In this document: piece after piece, positions 62,500 to 64,000 of the stretch
Position numbering within the stretch: position 1 is the stretch's first letter
Layout: each line of letters opens with the position of its first letter
From: the human T2T-CHM13v2.0 reference genome, Homo sapiens
Assembly: GCF_009914755.1 (NCBI RefSeq)
Contig: NC_060928.1
DNA length: 64,000 bases
Direction: 5' to 3' (one strand)
Translations under genes and position numbers: made by a program
Notes under the pieces: generated by a model
What the model was told of the DNA's origin: nothing
The model's input: the letters and a program-made list of their open reading frames with translations, nothing else
Database searches by the model: none

Positions 62500-63055
62500 T
62501 TCCAAAATATAGCTGATAGTGTCACTTTCCTTTTCTAAAAACCTTTAATAGCTCCCGACTGCTAAAATGAAAACTCTTTAACATAGCACTCAAGGTCCTC
62601 TATCATAATCAGATTCTCCGTACCTTTCCAGCTTTATCAGCAGCCAAACTACTCTTCAAAGAAGCCCTGTGCTTTCCAATGCTACTGTGCTGTTTCCTTT
62701 GCTTGAAATACTCCCTCCTGACTGTGGTCCTCCCCAACAATTTGTATTACTGAAATCCTACCCATAGTTGAAGGTCTAGGTCTATTATCACCCTCTCTGT
62801 AAAGCTTTCAGAATTCCTCACTTAGATGAAATTTCTTCCTTCGCAGTACTATTTCCAGAACTTTAATTATAAATCTCATATAGCACATGTCACAATGTTG
62901 CATTCTGCCTTCAATTTTAATCATTTGTATACATGTCTAAGCTTCCTAACAAGACTGAAAGTTTTATGAGAGCAAGGGACTATATCTTTTTCATTTCTCT
63001 TGCCTCACAAGTTTCCATTTGTAGGCATTCACTGTTCATTGTCCTGAATTAAACT
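62500..63055 (+). mobile_element. L2 3' portion
   Basis: gtcactttcc...aaaaccttt, agactgaaagttttatgagagcaagggac. Confidence 0.6.
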
Positions 63056-63159
63056 AGTACTTGACACTAGTGTTTTTTCTTTTGCCTTTCTCTTTAGGGC
63101 AACTTGTGCAAAGGTGTAGTCTACTGCAAACTATTATTTTCACATGCTTTGTTCATTAA

Positions 63160-64000
63160 CTTAATCAATTTGCCTATCAAATATTTATTGAGTGTTTTCT
63201 ATTTGAAAGGCACCATGCTAGGGGCTGGGGATATAACAATGCAACATAGTCCCTCTCCTTAATGAACTAGATGGGGATATGAATAAGTAAACAGGTGATT
63301 ACAATACCATTTGATAAATGCTACCTAGAGCCATCATTTATGGTTGTTCAAATTGTGCCTTGTACGAGAAAGCCTGAAAAAGGGAGTAAGTGGAGCATGA
63401 AAAGTTGCCCATCCTTTCCTTTCTAAGCTTTGTGCCCTCACATGGTGCTGTATTTCCCTGAAGGAAGCATGGGATTTATCTAATGCATAAATAAAGTTGC
63501 TCTCTATATGTAAACTAAGTAAAAGATTTTCTATGAGGATTTAAGAGTGATACTTAGTTCCAGACTTGAGTTGTTAAGGAAGACTTCCATGAAGAAATGC
63601 TATATAAACAGCATTTCAAAACAAATGGGAGTTACCTAGATTAACAGAAGTGGGAATAATGCTCCAAATGAGGAGAAAAACAAAAAGAGAATATAAGGAA
63701 CTGCAAGTAGGTAATTATGGCTGAAACCTAAGAGGGTGAGGGAGCAGCGGCCAGGAAGGACCTTGGAACACAGAGCAGAATCCAGATCATGGAGAGCCTT
63801 ATAAAAGATGATTAGGATTCGAACTTCATTTTGAAGGCAACGGAAAGTCATAGATATTTTAGCAACTAGTCATAGGGTATTTTGGCAACTATCAAATTTA
63901 CATTTCAAAAAGCTCAGTCTAGTGTAGGGCAGAAGTGAGGGATGGGAAGTTGCAGGCAGGAACAGTGGGGAGCTGCAGTAAGTCTTTCAATAAGTCAGGT
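63160..64000 (-). mobile_element. L2 interrupted by a MER91-like element (~63325-63510)
   Basis: aaatatttattgagtg...aggcaccatgctaggggctgggg; later ggaagacttcc, cagatcatggagagcctt. Confidence 0.65.

Overview
Primate (almost certainly human) genomic DNA, AT-rich and dominated by interspersed repeats. The only protein-coding sequence I can support is a 111-nt minus-strand terminal exon (51668-51778), too short for the ORF track. It encodes [36 protein letters not shown], which I recognise as the C-terminus of TBCK (end of the rhodanese-like domain). Everything right of 51778 is therefore the last TBCK intron. To the left lie the 3'UTR, with three candidate poly(A) signals (51208, 49432, 46710), and then the region downstream of TBCK, which from memory runs towards NPNT on human 4q24 (unverified here). 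The largest structures are two minus-strand L1PB1-type LINEs (12596-17376; 29698-38435), each with its own TSD. They carry nested insertions: Alu-in-Alu, and a two-LTR THE1B element with an Alu in its 5' LTR. There is also a very young AluYa5-like element and many old MIR, L2, MaLR and DNA-transposon relics. The long ORFs in the track are L1, THE1 or Alu fragments or noise. I see no convincing new protein-coding system. The best leads are non-coding: possible gene conversion between the two L1s, repeat-associated poly(A) architecture, a tail-to-tail L2 hairpin, local duplications, a DUX4 motif kept in only one LTR, and hints of spliced non-coding transcripts. Subfamily names come from recalled consensus sequences, and the boundaries of old repeats are approximate.
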